This document shows positions 11,626 through 25,650 of a DNA stretch of 64,000 bases, in pieces. The DNA comes from Octopus sinensis. Its lineage: Eukaryota. The position numbers and the translations under genes are program-made. Under the pieces are notes generated by a model that did not search any database, was not told the DNA's origin, and saw only the letters and a program-made list of their open reading frames with translations. The stretch lies in NCBI RefSeq assembly GCF_006345805.1, contig NC_042998.1:48298001-48362000 (forward strand). Direction: 5' to 3'. Each line of letters begins with the position of its first letter. Position 1 is the first letter of the stretch.

Positions 11626-13060
11626 CATTTTAAACGGTCACGTTCTCACGAATCTCCTTATGACAAGTAGCTTTTCGGAGTTTTTTTTTTTTACGGACGG
11701 ATTTTGAAACAGTTATCTGTCCACCCCTCGAGGAAACTTCTGTATTTAGAGTCTTAGATATTGTCATACACACCTGACATTTGGGGAAAATTTATACGTT
11801 GCAAGATGGCCATATCAGAAGTGACAAAAATAGGTATTTGCCATCGTGGTGGCATCACTAATATAAACAAGCACGTCCCAAGCCAAAACATAAGAGAAAA
11901 TGAAACATAAATGTGCATTAAAAGAAAAAAAAAAGTATTGGAAGGAGAAATTAAATAGTGAAAAAAATACACTCTCACTAACAAGCAAAATGATGGAACA
12001 TACCAAATACAATAGCAACATTTTAATATCATTTGCTATGTTATGAAAAAAGAAAATAGACTAGATTTGAAAGAACTCAAGGAAATGAAAATAAGTAGAT
12101 GACGTTTGTCACAAAAGTCAGTACTTTTTTTCCCAACAAATTTGTCCAAAAAAAAAAGGGTAAGTATGAAGGAGATATGCACTTTTAAAAGTGGAGTGGG
12201 CATTTCATATGCTTTCATATGCGTAGAAGTTCTAGCCGATGAGTAGCAGGATGTGTACTCCATCAATTGAGGAAGGACCTGAAAGAAAGTGCTCGATTTT
12301 CAAACCCGAGCACGAGTCAGGAGACAGGTGAAATTAGTTCGTCATACAGCTGCCTATAGACTGCTGTCACATAAGAAAGGTCTGAGAAGCATCATAATTA
12401 CATCCAGAGATCATGGCAGAGACTTCGACAATTGGCTTGTCGCCAATTCCTGTTTTTACTATGTTTTTACAATGGCAATTACTATGAACATGCGTTCAGA
12501 AATTACGCGCAACAAAATGTCACCAGCTCTGCTCCGTATTGTAATGACTCTTTCGGTCCAGATTGTAATGACTCTTTCGGTCCACAAGGTCATCTTGCAG
12601 CCAAACATCATTGAGGGAGCGGACTCAAGGTAGATCAGACTAGTAGTGCAGGGTAGAAAGCCTGGTTGTTATATTAGTGGTACAAAAGAACATTTAAAGG
12701 CTTTCTTTCCGGAAAGGGAAAAATAGAAGACAACAGAAGCAACTGAACGACAGCAACACAGTAGCAACAGAAAACTCATAAGCAATAGCAACAGAAAGCG
12801 CAGGAGGTGGAGATTTTATCTTCTGCTGCTGTTATTTACGGAACACCATCAATCACAATTCCGGTTACGTATTGACCGGAAGCAAGTGAAGTCGCTTCGT
12901 CCTCTGTTGTCTATTTCAGTTTTGCATTCAATGTTAAAGTTGAAGAAATAAAAAAAAGATAAAATCTAGTTCTTTGTCTGTTTCTTTCATTCTTGTTATG
13001 TCCATGTGTGTGTACAAGATATCTCTTTTGGATGCTTTAAAAGAAGAAAATAATCGTATA

Positions 13061-13453
13061 TGCGCAGTCATCGCTGTGTGGTAAGAAGTTTACTTCATAA
13101 CAACATGGTTCCGGGTTCAGTTCCACTGCGTGACATCTTGCGTAAGTGTCTTCTATTACAACCATGGGCTGATCAAAGCCTTCTGAGTAAATTTGATAGA
13201 AGAAAACTGAAAGAAGCTCGCCTTGTGTGTGTGTGTGTGTGTGTGTTTGTTTGTACTTATGTTTGTCCCTCACCACTGCTTGACAACCAGTGTTCTTGTA
13301 TTTACGTCCCTATAACTTAGCGGTTTGGAAAAAGGAGCCGATAAAGTAAGTACTAGACTTTTAAAAATAAGGTATCTTCGACTAAAATTCTTCAAGGCTG
13401 TACCCAAGCATAGCCGCAGTCAAATGACTGGAACAAGTAAAAGATAAAAGATA
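13061..13453 (+). mobile_element. SINE S2
   Basis: Homology to the 7856 copy. Confidence 0.85.
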
Positions 13454-13660
13454 TCCATTATAAACGTTATGGAAAAACATTTTGGGAACTGTTTGTGCAA
13501 CAAAAGTCGCATATCCGAGGAGCGCTCATTATTCAACTTCGAAAAATTGTACTTGGAAGAAAGATGACAACTAAAATCTAAAGATGTTACAGAAGAGATA
13601 TATAAAGCACTAGAATAAGAGTATTGTCAGTAGAATCGTTATTTCATGAATAAACCTTAC

Positions 13661-13831
13661 CTTGTGTATCCCATCATTAAGACATCGTGTGGCACTTGTG
13701 TTTTTTTCACCGCAGAGGATAAAACAAATATTTGACGATGTTCCAGAATCTGCTTTCAATCCAGTGAAGACAGTAATAAGATAAAAGTTTGTGTCATTGA
13801 TTTTATTGTCACAGAGAGGCCATATATTACC
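13661..13831 (-). CDS. PKD1-like exon, PLAT N-half (171 nt; GNIWPLCDNKINDTNFYLITVFTGLKADSGTSSNICFILCGE...DGIHK)
   Basis: ttcatccag acceptor and gtaagg donor. Phase 0 to 0. Y-x-I-x-V-x-TG...GT-S-N-I-x-F-x-L-x-G PLAT motif. Not in the ORF track. Confidence 0.95.
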
Positions 13832-13964
13832 CTGGATGAAAGAAATATGAGGGGGGAAAAAGAAAAAAATAGAAAACAGTTAAAATTTGAGTTTATAAAC
13901 CATTATTCTAGGATAAAAACATACATAGGGTACAAACGTACATTCACAAATATAGATATTATTG

Positions 13965-14405
13965 ATTTCAAATTTTGGCACAGGACAAGCAACTTCGGGG
14001 CAGGGAGTAAGTCGACTAGATCTACCCTAGTTCTACAACTGGTACTTATTCTATTGACCCCGAAAAGGATGAAAGGCAAAGTCGACCTTAGCGGAATTTG
14101 AACTCAGTACATAAAAAAGAACGAAGTGCTTGCTAAGCATTTCGCCTGGTGTACTAACAATTCTGCCAGCTCACCGTTTGAAAATATATGGTATTATATA
14201 TTGCTAAGGTGGCGAGCTGGCAAAATCGTTAGCATGCCGGGTGGAATGCTTAGTGGCGTTTCGTCCGTTTGAGTTCAAATTCCGCCGAGGTCGACTTTGC
14301 TTTTATCCTTTCGGGGTTGACAAAATAGTAGCAGTTGAGTACGTGTGTCAATGTAATCGACATACCTCCTCCCCCGAAATTGCTGGCCTTGTGCCAAAAA
14401 TTGAA
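13965..14405. mobile_element. Two divergent SINE S1 copies (13965-14178 minus, 14205-14405 plus)
   Basis: S1 head and body on each strand. Confidence 0.8.
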
Positions 14406-14419
14406 ATTAATATTACACC

Positions 14420-14450
<31 letters not shown>

Positions 14451-15019
14451 AGCCATCATTCCTAAGGCAATATTTTGTCCTCTTGTATGCCCCCAACCCT
14501 TTTCTTTAGTCAAATCTGTTTGTTTATGAATCCCAAGTTTTGTGTTCTTTTAGGATTCGTAGCACCTCTTGTTGCTGGATCAATGAAAAGGCGGAAGCTC
14601 CTCTGACTTGTTTGAAGACTTCTGCAGTTGAGTAGTCTACAAATGCTAGAAACAAGTGCACCTGGATACTTTTTGAAAGTTTCAGGACAAATTAGGCCCA
14701 CAAAAAGTAAAAATTTTAGAGGATTGCTTAATAATATCGATCCTTTAAATCAAACTGCTGTGGTTTGCCTTTCTGATTCGAGAGCTCTAAGACGATACTA
14801 TAGATAAATTCCTCTTGTTTACTTTTCAATCTTGTATGCATAAGTGTATAAGATATTACACAATCTCACACTGACACACACACAAACAAACGAACACACA
14901 CACACACATCACAGAATATCGTTTTCTCAACATTCGAAGGAGTCAAGAAGTAATATGCGAAGTAGACTCTAGGAGTTAAGCTAAAAAAGCAAAGTAAAGA
15001 TCTACGCACATTCTTACAC

Positions 15020-15341
15020 CCACACATACATAAATACATTACATACATACATACATACATACATAACTGCATAAATACATACAAACATACATGCATACAG
15101 ACTCACACGTACATACATACGACGAACATACCGGTTCTTGCGACTTTATTATTATTGTTATTATTATCATCATCATCATATTATTATTATTATTATATGT
15201 TATACACACGCATACACATATATATACATGCACATATATATAATTATAGATACATATATATACATATGTATATGCATACAAATATATACATATGTATATG
15301 CATGCATATATATACATATATATATATATATATACATACAT

Positions 15342-15376
<35 letters not shown>

Positions 15377-15955
15377 CACATATATATATATATATATACA
15401 TATGCTATATATATATATATATCCACACACACATATACATACATATGTGTGTGTATATGTGTGTGTATATATATATTATGTATACACACACACACACACA
15501 CACACACAACAAGTTATTATATAGGTAATAGCAATGCTGATTGGACAGTTTACCAAATATATTCCATAATACAGAAATATAGATAATATAGAAAATTAGT
15601 TCACGATGACAGCATGGCACTTTAAAATTTTCAGTTTGTATCTTATCTAAAACGGAAATTTCTCACTTCCAGTAAGTACAGCAAAGACTTAAAGAAACGC
15701 TAAAAAATAAAGATATAAAAAGATATAAAAAAACGAGAGGGGTGAGAAACAAGTAAAAAAACTAATTAAAAACAATAAACAAAGCAGAAAAAAAAGAAAA
15801 TCAGTAGAGAAGCCATCGAATCGATCCAAATATATAACAGGTTTCTCATATCCCGAAAAAGTAAAAAGGCCATTAGTATTCTTACTACATCATGTCTTTA
15901 TTTTTATTCCTGCTAGTTTACAGACATAACGTGTATACACATACATGTATGCATG

Positions 15956-15990
<35 letters not shown>

Positions 15991-16137
15991 GTCTCTCTAT
16001 GTATGTATGTATATATGTATATACATATACATATATATATATATACATACATATATTTATATATACACATATATATATACGCGCATATATATATATATAT
16101 ATAAAATGTTCATATATAATGTGTGTGGTTATATATA

Positions 16138-16176
<39 letters not shown>

Positions 16177-16187
16177 GTCTCTCTCTT

Positions 16188-16241
<54 letters not shown>

Positions 16242-17110
16242 GATATATATTATATATATATTATACATATATACATACATACACACAGACATATTTATAT
16301 ATGTGCATCTATGTATATGCATATATATTTGTACAATATGCATATGTATATTATACGCATACATAAAACACATACATATATACATGCACACACACACACA
16401 CACATATATATATATACAAACACACACATATATATTCTTATATATTATATATATATATATTATATATATATATATAATATATATTATATTATGTAGTATA
16501 TGTATGTATATATATATAACATACAAATATAATGTATACAAACATATATGCATACATGCATACATGTACTCCTACATACACGTGCTCATGTGTGTATGTC
16601 TGCATGTATGCATAGAAGTGTCTATATATACCCATATGACACATATATATATATATATATTTATATGTATATAAATATGTATATACATGTATACATACAC
16701 ACGCACGCACGCACACACACACCCACACACACACACGCGCACACAGTAACCAAAGTGCTTCTATTATGAAAATGTAATTATTTTCTGGAAGCCTTAAGTA
16801 GATAAAATTATGTGTGTGTTTTATTGATGCTATCTGAAGGTACTAGAATTTGTTAATGCGGCCATAATGCAATATAATATATTATTAAGAATTGTATATT
16901 ATATTGTTAGGCAATAAAGGAGCCATTTTAATACACTTTTTAGTGTTATTTAATATGCCTCGTGCTAGAATCAAAACCATATGTACGTAATGAATATATC
17001 TATATACGCATACATATTCTTTTACATAAACACATGCATACATAAATGCATGCATACATATACGCATGCATACATAAATACTCACACACACGCACATAAG
17101 CACATATACT
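15020..17110. repeat. Extended degenerate (TA)/(CA)/(CATA)/(CT) microsatellite fields
   Basis: Direct inspection. Source of many spurious ORFs. Confidence 0.9.
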
Positions 17111-17756
17111 CATGGTATATCGAAATACAGTGAACGTCGCAATTTTTCGACACATAAATATCTAATTATTAAGTACACTACATTGTGAACAATATTTGAA
17201 ACAATAGGCCTATTTAAATGTGGGTAGTTATACATTTAAATAAATTAGAAACGACACAGTTTATTTTACTACACACTAGGACAAAGTATACAATTAAAAC
17301 ATTTCTCGGCACTGGACACCATGTTTCGCGTGGTATGAACTTATCAAGAGAGGGGAGAAAGAATTTTTTTGAGCACGTTACCATTAAATATGGCTGCTGC
17401 AGTTCACATAAATATCGTAGGGAAAGGCAAAAGAACTGATCGTTATTCTATAAATCGAAGATTCTAAAATTACGGTAGATCAAAAATGTGTATCGAACAT
17501 TTGCAAAATTGTATTATTGTGTTCAGCCGCTTTTCTTTCACAAAGTCGAGAATTACAAAATTTTAATCGCACACATACATAGACAAGCGCGCACGCACGC
17601 ACACAAACACACACACACACACACACACAACACACACACACATAGAAAAATAAACGCTCATACTTACATAGGTACATACACAGATGCACGAACAGACACG
17701 CACACACGCATATATGGAATGTAAATATATACATATATAAATGTACACACAGAGAT

Positions 17757-17787
<31 letters not shown>

Positions 17788-17811
17788 TATCTGTATGTAT
17801 ATGTACCTATA

Positions 17812-19492
17812 TACGTTCCTGGATGCTAAGAAACTTGCTTCCCAACCACATGGTTCCAGCTTCACTCCCACTACGTGCCACTTTAGGCGAGTGTCTTCTA
17901 CTATAGCTCTGGGCTAACCAAAGCCTTGTAAGTAGATTTGGTTGACGGAAACTGAAAGAAGCTCGTCATATATATGTATATATCTATATGAGTGTGTCTT
18001 TGTATATGCATTTGTCCTCCACTACCGATTTACAATCGGTGTTGGTTTGTTGACGTCCTCGTAAGTTAGTGGTTCAAGTACTGTAGTCAATTTGTTCGGT
18101 TAATCCCTTCAAGGCGGTGTCACAACATAGCCCCAATGACGGAAACAAGTAAAAGGATAACAGAATGAGAGGTTTGTAAAATATATTTAAACATGAATAC
18201 TCTTTACTCTTTTACTTGTTTCAGTCATTTTACTGTGGCCATGCTGGAGTACCGCCTTTAGTCGAGCAAATCGACCCCAGGACTTATTCTTTTATTCTTT
18301 GTAAGCCTAATACTTATTCTATCGGTTTCGTTTTGCAGAACCGCTATGTTACGGGGACGTATACACACCAGCATCAGTTGTTAAGCGATGTTGGGGAGAC
18401 AAACACAGACACACAAACATACACACAAACATACACACGCACACATCCATATATATATAAAAATATATACGACGGGCTTCTTTCAGTTTCCGACTACCAA
18501 ATCCACTCAGAAGGGTTTGGTGAGCCCGAGGCTATAGTAGAAGACACTTGCCCAAGATGTCATACAGTGGGACTGAACCCGGAACCATGTGGTTCGTAAG
18601 CAAGCTACTTACCACACAGCCACTACGTGAATATGATATGAAAATCATGATTCCAATATTTGAATATTTAAACATAGAGCAAACATTATCTGATATCGAA
18701 CTCAACTCGTTGGGCAGATCAAATGTTGATAGTCCACTCTGAGTTTCGCCCTGCGTACAGCCAAGCTCAGGGTAAAATTCAAAGTAGGCTATTAACATTT
18801 GATATCATAAATACACCCGTACACATAGAGTGAGCGCGTCTGTATGTAAATAGGAAACAGCTTTCCTTTCAAGCATAAAATAATTCAAACGCGAGTATGC
18901 TCGAGTCTAATCATTTTAATTAGGGTTTCTCATTCACGTTTCAATACGTTAATATTGTCTCCTTTGCACAAGATTACAGAATACCATGGGGATACAATTA
19001 AAACCGATAAGATTGTCAACGATAAGACTGTCAATGTATAAATTAAGCAATGTCATATATTTGTGATTTGGGTTTTGGTTTTAAGTCTCCTATTTGCAAA
19101 GTACCTACATTTAGTCATATATATATATATATACTATTTTTACTTGTTTCAGTCATTCGACTGCGGCCATGCTGGAGCACCGCCTTTAGTCGAGCAACTC
19201 GAACCTGGGACTTATTGTTTGTAAGCTTAGTGACGGGGACATAAACACACCAGCATCGGTTGTCAAGCAATGCTAGGGGGACAAACACAGACACACACTC
19301 ACACACACTCACACACACACACATATATACGACGGACTTCTTTCACTTTCTGTCTACCAAACCCACTTACAAGGCTTTGGTCGGCCTGAGGCTATAGTAG
19401 AAGACACTTGCCCAAGGTGCCACGAAGTGGGACTGAACCCGAGACCATGTGGTTGGTAAGCAAGCTACTTACCACACAGCCACTCCTGCGCC
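17812..19492. mobile_element. Cluster of three SINE S2 copies (17812-18160 plus, 18205-18625 minus, 19135-19492 minus)
   Basis: Homology to the 7856 copy. Confidence 0.85.
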
Positions 19493-19589
19493 TATATATA
19501 TATATATATATATTATGGACTCTCCCATCGAAGACAAGTGTATAAGTGTTCAGCTTTTGCCGAATGACCTTCACAAATGATTTGCTTAT

Positions 19590-19815
19590 ATCGATGTATA
19601 TGCTGTACATTAACCCACTCTCTTCATCAAATCGACGTTGCCTGAACAGGTGCACGGTGTACCATGCATTAGGTTTCGAAGTGATCGCAGAGCAGCGTGA
19701 GATGAAGTGTTTTGCTCAAGAACACGACGCCCCACCCGGTCTAGGAATTGAAACCACAACCTTACGATTGTAACTGCAACGCGCTAACCACTAGGCCATG
19801 CGCCCTCACTCATGT

Positions 19816-19855
<40 letters not shown>

Positions 19856-21905
19856 CGTGCGCGCGTATGTGTGTACAGACAGAGAAAAAAGAAAAGATAG
19901 ATTGTGATGGACTATAGCCCGGTAGTTAGGGTATTGCACTCACAATCTTGCGGTCATGGTTTCGATTCCAAGACCGGCGATACGTTAACCGTTGAGTTCT
20001 TGAACAAAACGCCTAATTTCACGTTGGGCCAGTCCACTCAACTGTAAATGTGAAACTTTGAGGCGGACTCGCTTAGTCGCTTAGTCAGAGGGGGTGCCAT
20101 CGTCTGAAAGCTAAAACAATGCATTGTGATCAGCGATGTATAATAACATCCAACAGTCTGGATGGCGCGAGATTTAGTGATAAGGCTTATCGGCTCACGT
20201 CATAAGGTCGTGAGCCCGATTTCCGGGGGCGCGTTGTGTCCTTGAGCAAGACACTTTATTTCACGTTGCTCCAGTTAACTCAGCTGGCAAAAATAAGCTG
20301 TACCTTTATTTCAAAGGGCCGGCCTTGTTATATTCTGTGTCACGCTGAATCTCACTGAGAACTACATTAAGAGGATGCGTGTCTATGGAGTGCTCAGCCA
20401 CCTGCACGTTAATTTCACAAGCAGGCTGACCCATTGATCAGATCAACTGGAACTCAAGGCGGCGAGCTGGCAGAATCGTTAGCACGCCGAGCGAAATGCG
20501 TTGCCGTATTTCGTCTGCCATTACGTTCTGAATTCAAATTCCGCCGAGGTCGACTTTGCCTTTCATCCTTTCGGGGTCGATAAATTAAGTACCAGTTATG
20601 CACTGGGGTCGATATAATCGACTTAATCCCTCTGTCTGTCTCCTCTGTGTTTAGCCCCTTGTGGATAGTAAAGAAACAGGATCAACTGGAACCCTCGTCG
20701 TTCTAACCGACGGAGTGCCAGACGGTCGATACAATGACAGTGATATGTATATTGTGAGGAGTTCTCTATAAAATTTTAGTAGTGTCCACTGTTTTCCTAT
20801 CCAATTTTATTTCATGTAATGCATTGTAATGAGATGCAAAACTTCCTTGTTATAAATGCATAGACGATTGATTTCATGGCTTAAACTGCTGTTACCCCAG
20901 ACATACATAGACGACACTTTCTCGCCGGTTATAATAACATTGATTTAATATTTAGTTGGGGATTTTATAAACTAAACATTAAATCAATTTTGCAAATAAA
21001 CTTACTAAATAGCGAATTTTGTTCAACCCTTGAGCGTTAAGATTACTCTGTCAAACATTATGCTTATTTATACGAATTGGTTTGAATTAATCATGCACTA
21101 TCTCGCAGCTGATTTCAATGATGTGATTGTATATTTTAAAAATGACATTTGTATAGTAGATATGAGGGACCAAATTTGGTCAGTTTGAACGTAAAATGTA
21201 AAATATTCCGGCTTGAAATAGCCTATTTCAATGCAATGGAGTTAAACATTTTTCATAAAGCATTATGGAATTTCTGAACCAACACCACCACCTCAAGCAG
21301 CAAATAAATAAATAAATAAATAAATAAACGCAGGCGTGGTATCATCTGAATGCTAAAACAATGCAAAGAAGCGCATTGTGACCAGCGATGCATAATAACA
21401 TCCAACAGTCTGGATGTCGCGTGATTTAGTGATAAGGTTAATCGGCTCACTTCGTAAGGTCGTGTGCTCGATCCCGAGAGGCGCGTTGTGTACTTGAGCA
21501 AGACACTTTATTTCACGTTGCTCCAGTCAACTCAGCTGGCAAAAATAAGTAGTACCTTTAATTCAAAGGGTCGGCCTTGTTATTTCGGATTCAGTTCCAC
21601 TGTGTGACATCTTGGGCAAGTGTCTTCTATTGTTACTTCGGGCCGACCAAAGCCCTGGGAGTGGAATTGGTAGACGGAAACTGAAAGAAGCCCGACGTAT
21701 ATATATATGTACTTGAATATTTATATACGCTTGACAATCAGTGTTGGTGTGTTTATGTCCCCGTAGAGTAGCCGTTTGACAAAAGAGATCGATAGAATAA
21801 GTAACAGGTTATTACTACGGTCTATACATTCGACTATGAATTCTTCAAGGCGGTGCCCCAGAATGGCAGCAGTCTCATGACTGAAACAAGTAAACGATAA
21901 AAGAT
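19590..21905. mobile_element. SINE cluster: family S3 copies (19590-19805 minus; 19907-20180, 20181-20720, 21340-21580 plus), a nested S1 (20456-20679) and S2 (21585-21905)
   Basis: tRNA-like heads and the shared gtgtccttgagcaagacactt motif in S3. The nested S1 has a 13-bp TSD. Confidence 0.8.
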
Positions 21906-22754
21906 AAAGGATAAACGAATAAAAACATTTATAGAAATTTTATATCCTGTCACAGGTTGGTATAGATAAATTATGTAGAAGAGGTTTAATCAATATTTTC
22001 ACACGACGTACTTCGCGAGTCTACCAAAACGTGCGACCTCTACTCTTTATAAGAGTTCGGCTAGTCCATTCTTCAAATCCCCCAGGGATGTCAATGACTC
22101 TCGCCTCAACAAGAAATAAATATTTGTTTTTAGTTACACGAATGTAAAAGAATTTAAAATTAAAACTAATTTACACAAGACAACTCGAGTGCGTCTTTTG
22201 AGTTCTTCACGTTTTGTAATTTGGTTTGTGCTGTTAGCTAAATGGAGTGCAAGGCCAATAATGCACCGACTGAACGATGTCATGAATAAAGTATCTACTC
22301 CTAACACACTACAACGACCAAGAAGTTTCTTGCCACGATCTCTATCGACACAAAAGAGAATAAAAGTGGGGAAAATACACGGTTGCATAACAAAAAGAGA
22401 AATTCAAAGAATATAATAGTAAAGTGAACGCTAAAATACTTCAGCTTGCTAGAGAAGACATTTTAATTAATTAAAACTTAGCCTTCGATGATGAGAAATA
22501 CGTCATTATCTTAAAGAGTAATTCTGGTCGAAAAAGGCTAGGGAGACAACTCTGGAATTCTAATGAAAATTAATTAAACATTGAATTTATGCAGATAATC
22601 TTCAGACCAGAATCTCATTAAGATAATGATTTTTATCGTCATTAACTGTGTAATTTATATTAATTAAAAATTCTCGGCTTGCTACGTGAATTATGCAAAC
22701 GCCTACTTTACTAAATTAACTTATAGGTTTCATTGTTATTATTGCTTTATTGGT

Positions 22755-22960
22755 TTCAGATTTTGGCACAAGGCCACCGATTTCGGGGGAGAAGGAAAGT
22801 CGATTGTATCGACCCCAGTACTCAACTGGTACTTATTTTATCAAACCCGAAAGAATGGTGGGCAAACCAACTTCGGGGAATTTGAACCCAGAACGTAAAG
22901 ACGGACGAAATGCCGCTAAGCGTTATGCTCGGCGTGCTAACAATTCTTCCAGCACGCCGA
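22755..22960 (-). mobile_element. SINE S1
   Basis: Reverse complement of S1. Confidence 0.8.
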
Positions 22961-24016
22961 CTTATAGTATATTGTATATTACAATTTGTTAACATTAGTG
23001 TCACTGGTTCTATGTTTCCAATAAACCAATAAATCACATTTCTTGCAAGGAAAGAGACTAGGGAACGAATATAAAATGCTGCGGAATATCAGCTCGGGAT
23101 TTCCTTCATAGGAATCCGCTTTTCCGGGTTCCTTTGATTATATATATATATTGCCGTGTCTGGGGAGAGTCATTCTGTTTTAATGCCTCATTAATTAACA
23201 CACTCACCGGTTTGATTTCCACTCATTTCCTTTTTTTTCCTAAAATTTTCGTTGCTTCTAGCAAACTCTTCAATAGTTGTTGATTCTGTCCATTATCGGA
23301 GCTGCGTTTTTTTTGCTTGTTTCTTTGTTTGTGCGCATGTGTGTGTGTGTGCGTCAGTGTGCATGTGTATACACATATGCATGTATGTATGTAGGCATGT
23401 GTGCGTGAGTGTATGCATATATATATATATCTGTGTGTGTATGTGTGTGTGTGCTATGTTTGCATATATGTATATATATGGGCACTTATATATATATATA
23501 TATATATATGCGTGTGTGTGTGTTTGCGTGAGTGTGTGTGCGTGTGTGAGCGTTTATATACGTATGTATATACGTACGTATATATGTATGTATGTTTGTA
23601 TATCACGTTTTTCTGTCTCCCAAATTCTATTCACAAGGTATTAGTCAACCTCGAAGCTATGGTAAAAGAAATTACCGCAATAGATGTGCACTCAAAATTA
23701 CGTGGTTAAAAAGTGACCTTCTGAATCCCATCAACCATGTCTGTGCCTTTACTTTACTCTATGTTGGACATCATATAAATATACTGCAGAGCTAATTTTC
23801 CAGCTTAGCTGATAGCTATGTAACTATAAAATAAAGTTAATTACCAAGCTGAACTTAATGCACGCTCTCAACCAATCAATATTGTTTAACTACCTTTCAT
23901 TTAAGCCGTTACTATCTAATTGGTGCATATCTTTTCAAAGTAGTCATTATTTGCAAAACACATATATTAATAAATAAGTAACTCATCAAATAAACAAAAT
24001 AATTTACGATACGTAC

Positions 24017-24241
24017 CATCCATTTGCTTTTCCGGTCTTGTCGACAAGTCCACGCAATCAACAAAATAAACATACATGTTATAGAAACAACAACCGCGAA
24101 AACGATACCGTTGTTTGCAAGATCAAATTTCTGGAAAACTGTCGAAAAATCAATGGTGTTTGGTGGTATAAAGAAACTGTTGGCCACTGTTACTTCTCCT
24201 CTACTTTGACATCGACATCTTATAGACGATCCCCACTCCAT
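24017..24241 (-). CDS. PKD1-like exon, GPS end plus TM1 (225 nt; MEWGSSIRCRCQ...FFIPPNTIDF...WTCRQDRKSKWM)
   Basis: ctag acceptor and gtacgt donor. Phase 0 to 0. PPN-x-IDF motif and hydrophobic TM1 followed by W-x-x-R-x-D, typical of PKD1-like proteins. Confidence 0.95.
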
Positions 24242-24367
24242 CTAGTTGAATATATAAATTATAAGAAACAATTAAATATTTAGAAGCAAAAGTAGCCAAA
24301 AATAAATTGAAGCAGACAATCAGCATCTTCTATAAAAACGAAATTATATATTATATAGTTTGTTCCT

Positions 24368-24632
24368 TCTCGAGCCACGCCTGGCTCATAAGGGCCGGTT
24401 TCCCGGTTTCCTTGGCGTATAGGTTCCCCACCTGGACGGTCCGTCGCAGGTGAGTTGCAAGAGGAAAGAGTGAGAGAAAGTTGTGGCGAAAGAGTCAGAA
24501 GTTCGCTATTACCTTCTGCCGGAGCCGCGTGTAGCTCAGGTGCTTTGCTCATAAACACACACATCGCCCGGTCTGAGATTCGAACCCGCGATTCCTCGAC
24601 CGTTGCTCTAACCACTAGGGCATGTGCCTCAC
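24368..24632 (-). mobile_element. tRNA-derived SINE family S4
   Basis: Minus-strand head tagtggttagagc...gggttcgaatc. Second copy at 50085. Confidence 0.8.
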
Positions 24633-24672
24633 ACATATATTATATAATAAATTCATTATTAGTAGCAGCATT

Positions 24673-25650
24673 AAGGCGGCGAGCTGGCAGAAACTTTAGC
24701 ACGCCGGACAAAATGCGTAGCCTTATTTCGTCTGCCGTTACGTTCTAAGTTCAAATTCCACCGAGGTCGACTTTGCCTATCATCCTTTCGGGGTCGATAA
24801 ATTAAGTACCAGTTGGGGTCGATATAATCGACTTAATCCGTTTGTCTGTCCTTGTTTGTCCTCTCTGTGCTGCCCTTGTGGCAGAAATTTGAAATGATTA
24901 TTAGTAACGGCATTAAGACGGTGAGCTGGCAGAATCGTAAGCACGCTGGATGAAACTCTTAGCGGTAGTTCGCCCGTCACTACGTTCTAAGTTCAAATTC
25001 CACCGTGGTCGACTTTGCCTTTCAATCTTTCGAAGTCGATAAATTAAGTACCAGTGAAATACTGGGGGAGGGGGTCGATGTAACTGACTATCCACTTCCT
25101 CCCAAATTTCAGGCCTTGTGCCTATAACAGAAAGGAAAAGGATTATTAGCAGCGGCATTGAGGACGACAACTGGCAGAATCGTTAGCATGACGGAAAGGT
25201 GCTTAATGTCATTTCGTCCTTCTTTACAATCTGTGTTCAAGCTCTGCTGTGTTTTAAGCTATACGCGGAGATTACACTGCAATAATGATAATTTCCACGG
25301 AAGACCAACAATTTTAAGGGGAGGAGGGTTAGTCGATTACATCGTTCCCAGGACTTGACATGTAATTTATTTTATCGACCCCGAAAGGAGGAAAGGCAAT
25401 GTCGACCTCGGCTGAATTTGAATTCAGAACATGAAGACGACGAACTGCCGCTAAGCATTTTGCCCAGCGTGCTAACAATTCTACCATTTCACCGTCTAAA
25501 ATAACAACAACAATAACAACAACAACAACAATAATAAAAGTTGTCGTTGTTTCAAATTTTGATCGCAAATTTTGGGGAGGGAGCAAGTCAATTACTTCGA
25601 ACTAGTACTCACCTGGTACTTTATTTCATCGACCCAGAGAGGATGAAATG
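24673..25650. mobile_element. Cluster of SINE S1 copies (24673-24885 and 24914-25135 plus; 25295-25497 and 25555-25650 minus)
   Basis: S1 homology. Confidence 0.8.

Noticed and set aside
12040-12960. Complex sequence with a 23-bp tandem duplication and a 114-aa ORF
   Set aside because: No recognisable motif, splice signals or termini. Probably an old TE remnant, but I cannot classify it.
14510-14701. 63-aa minus-strand ORF as a PLAT exon
   Set aside because: The PLAT exons are accounted for at 13661-13831 and 9655-9815 with matching phases, and this ORF has no PLAT motif.
22189-22416. 75-aa plus-strand ORF with a hydrophobic N-terminus (possible secreted peptide)
   Set aside because: GTG start, no Kozak, splice or poly(A) support and no recognisable family. 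Chance ORFs of this length are common.
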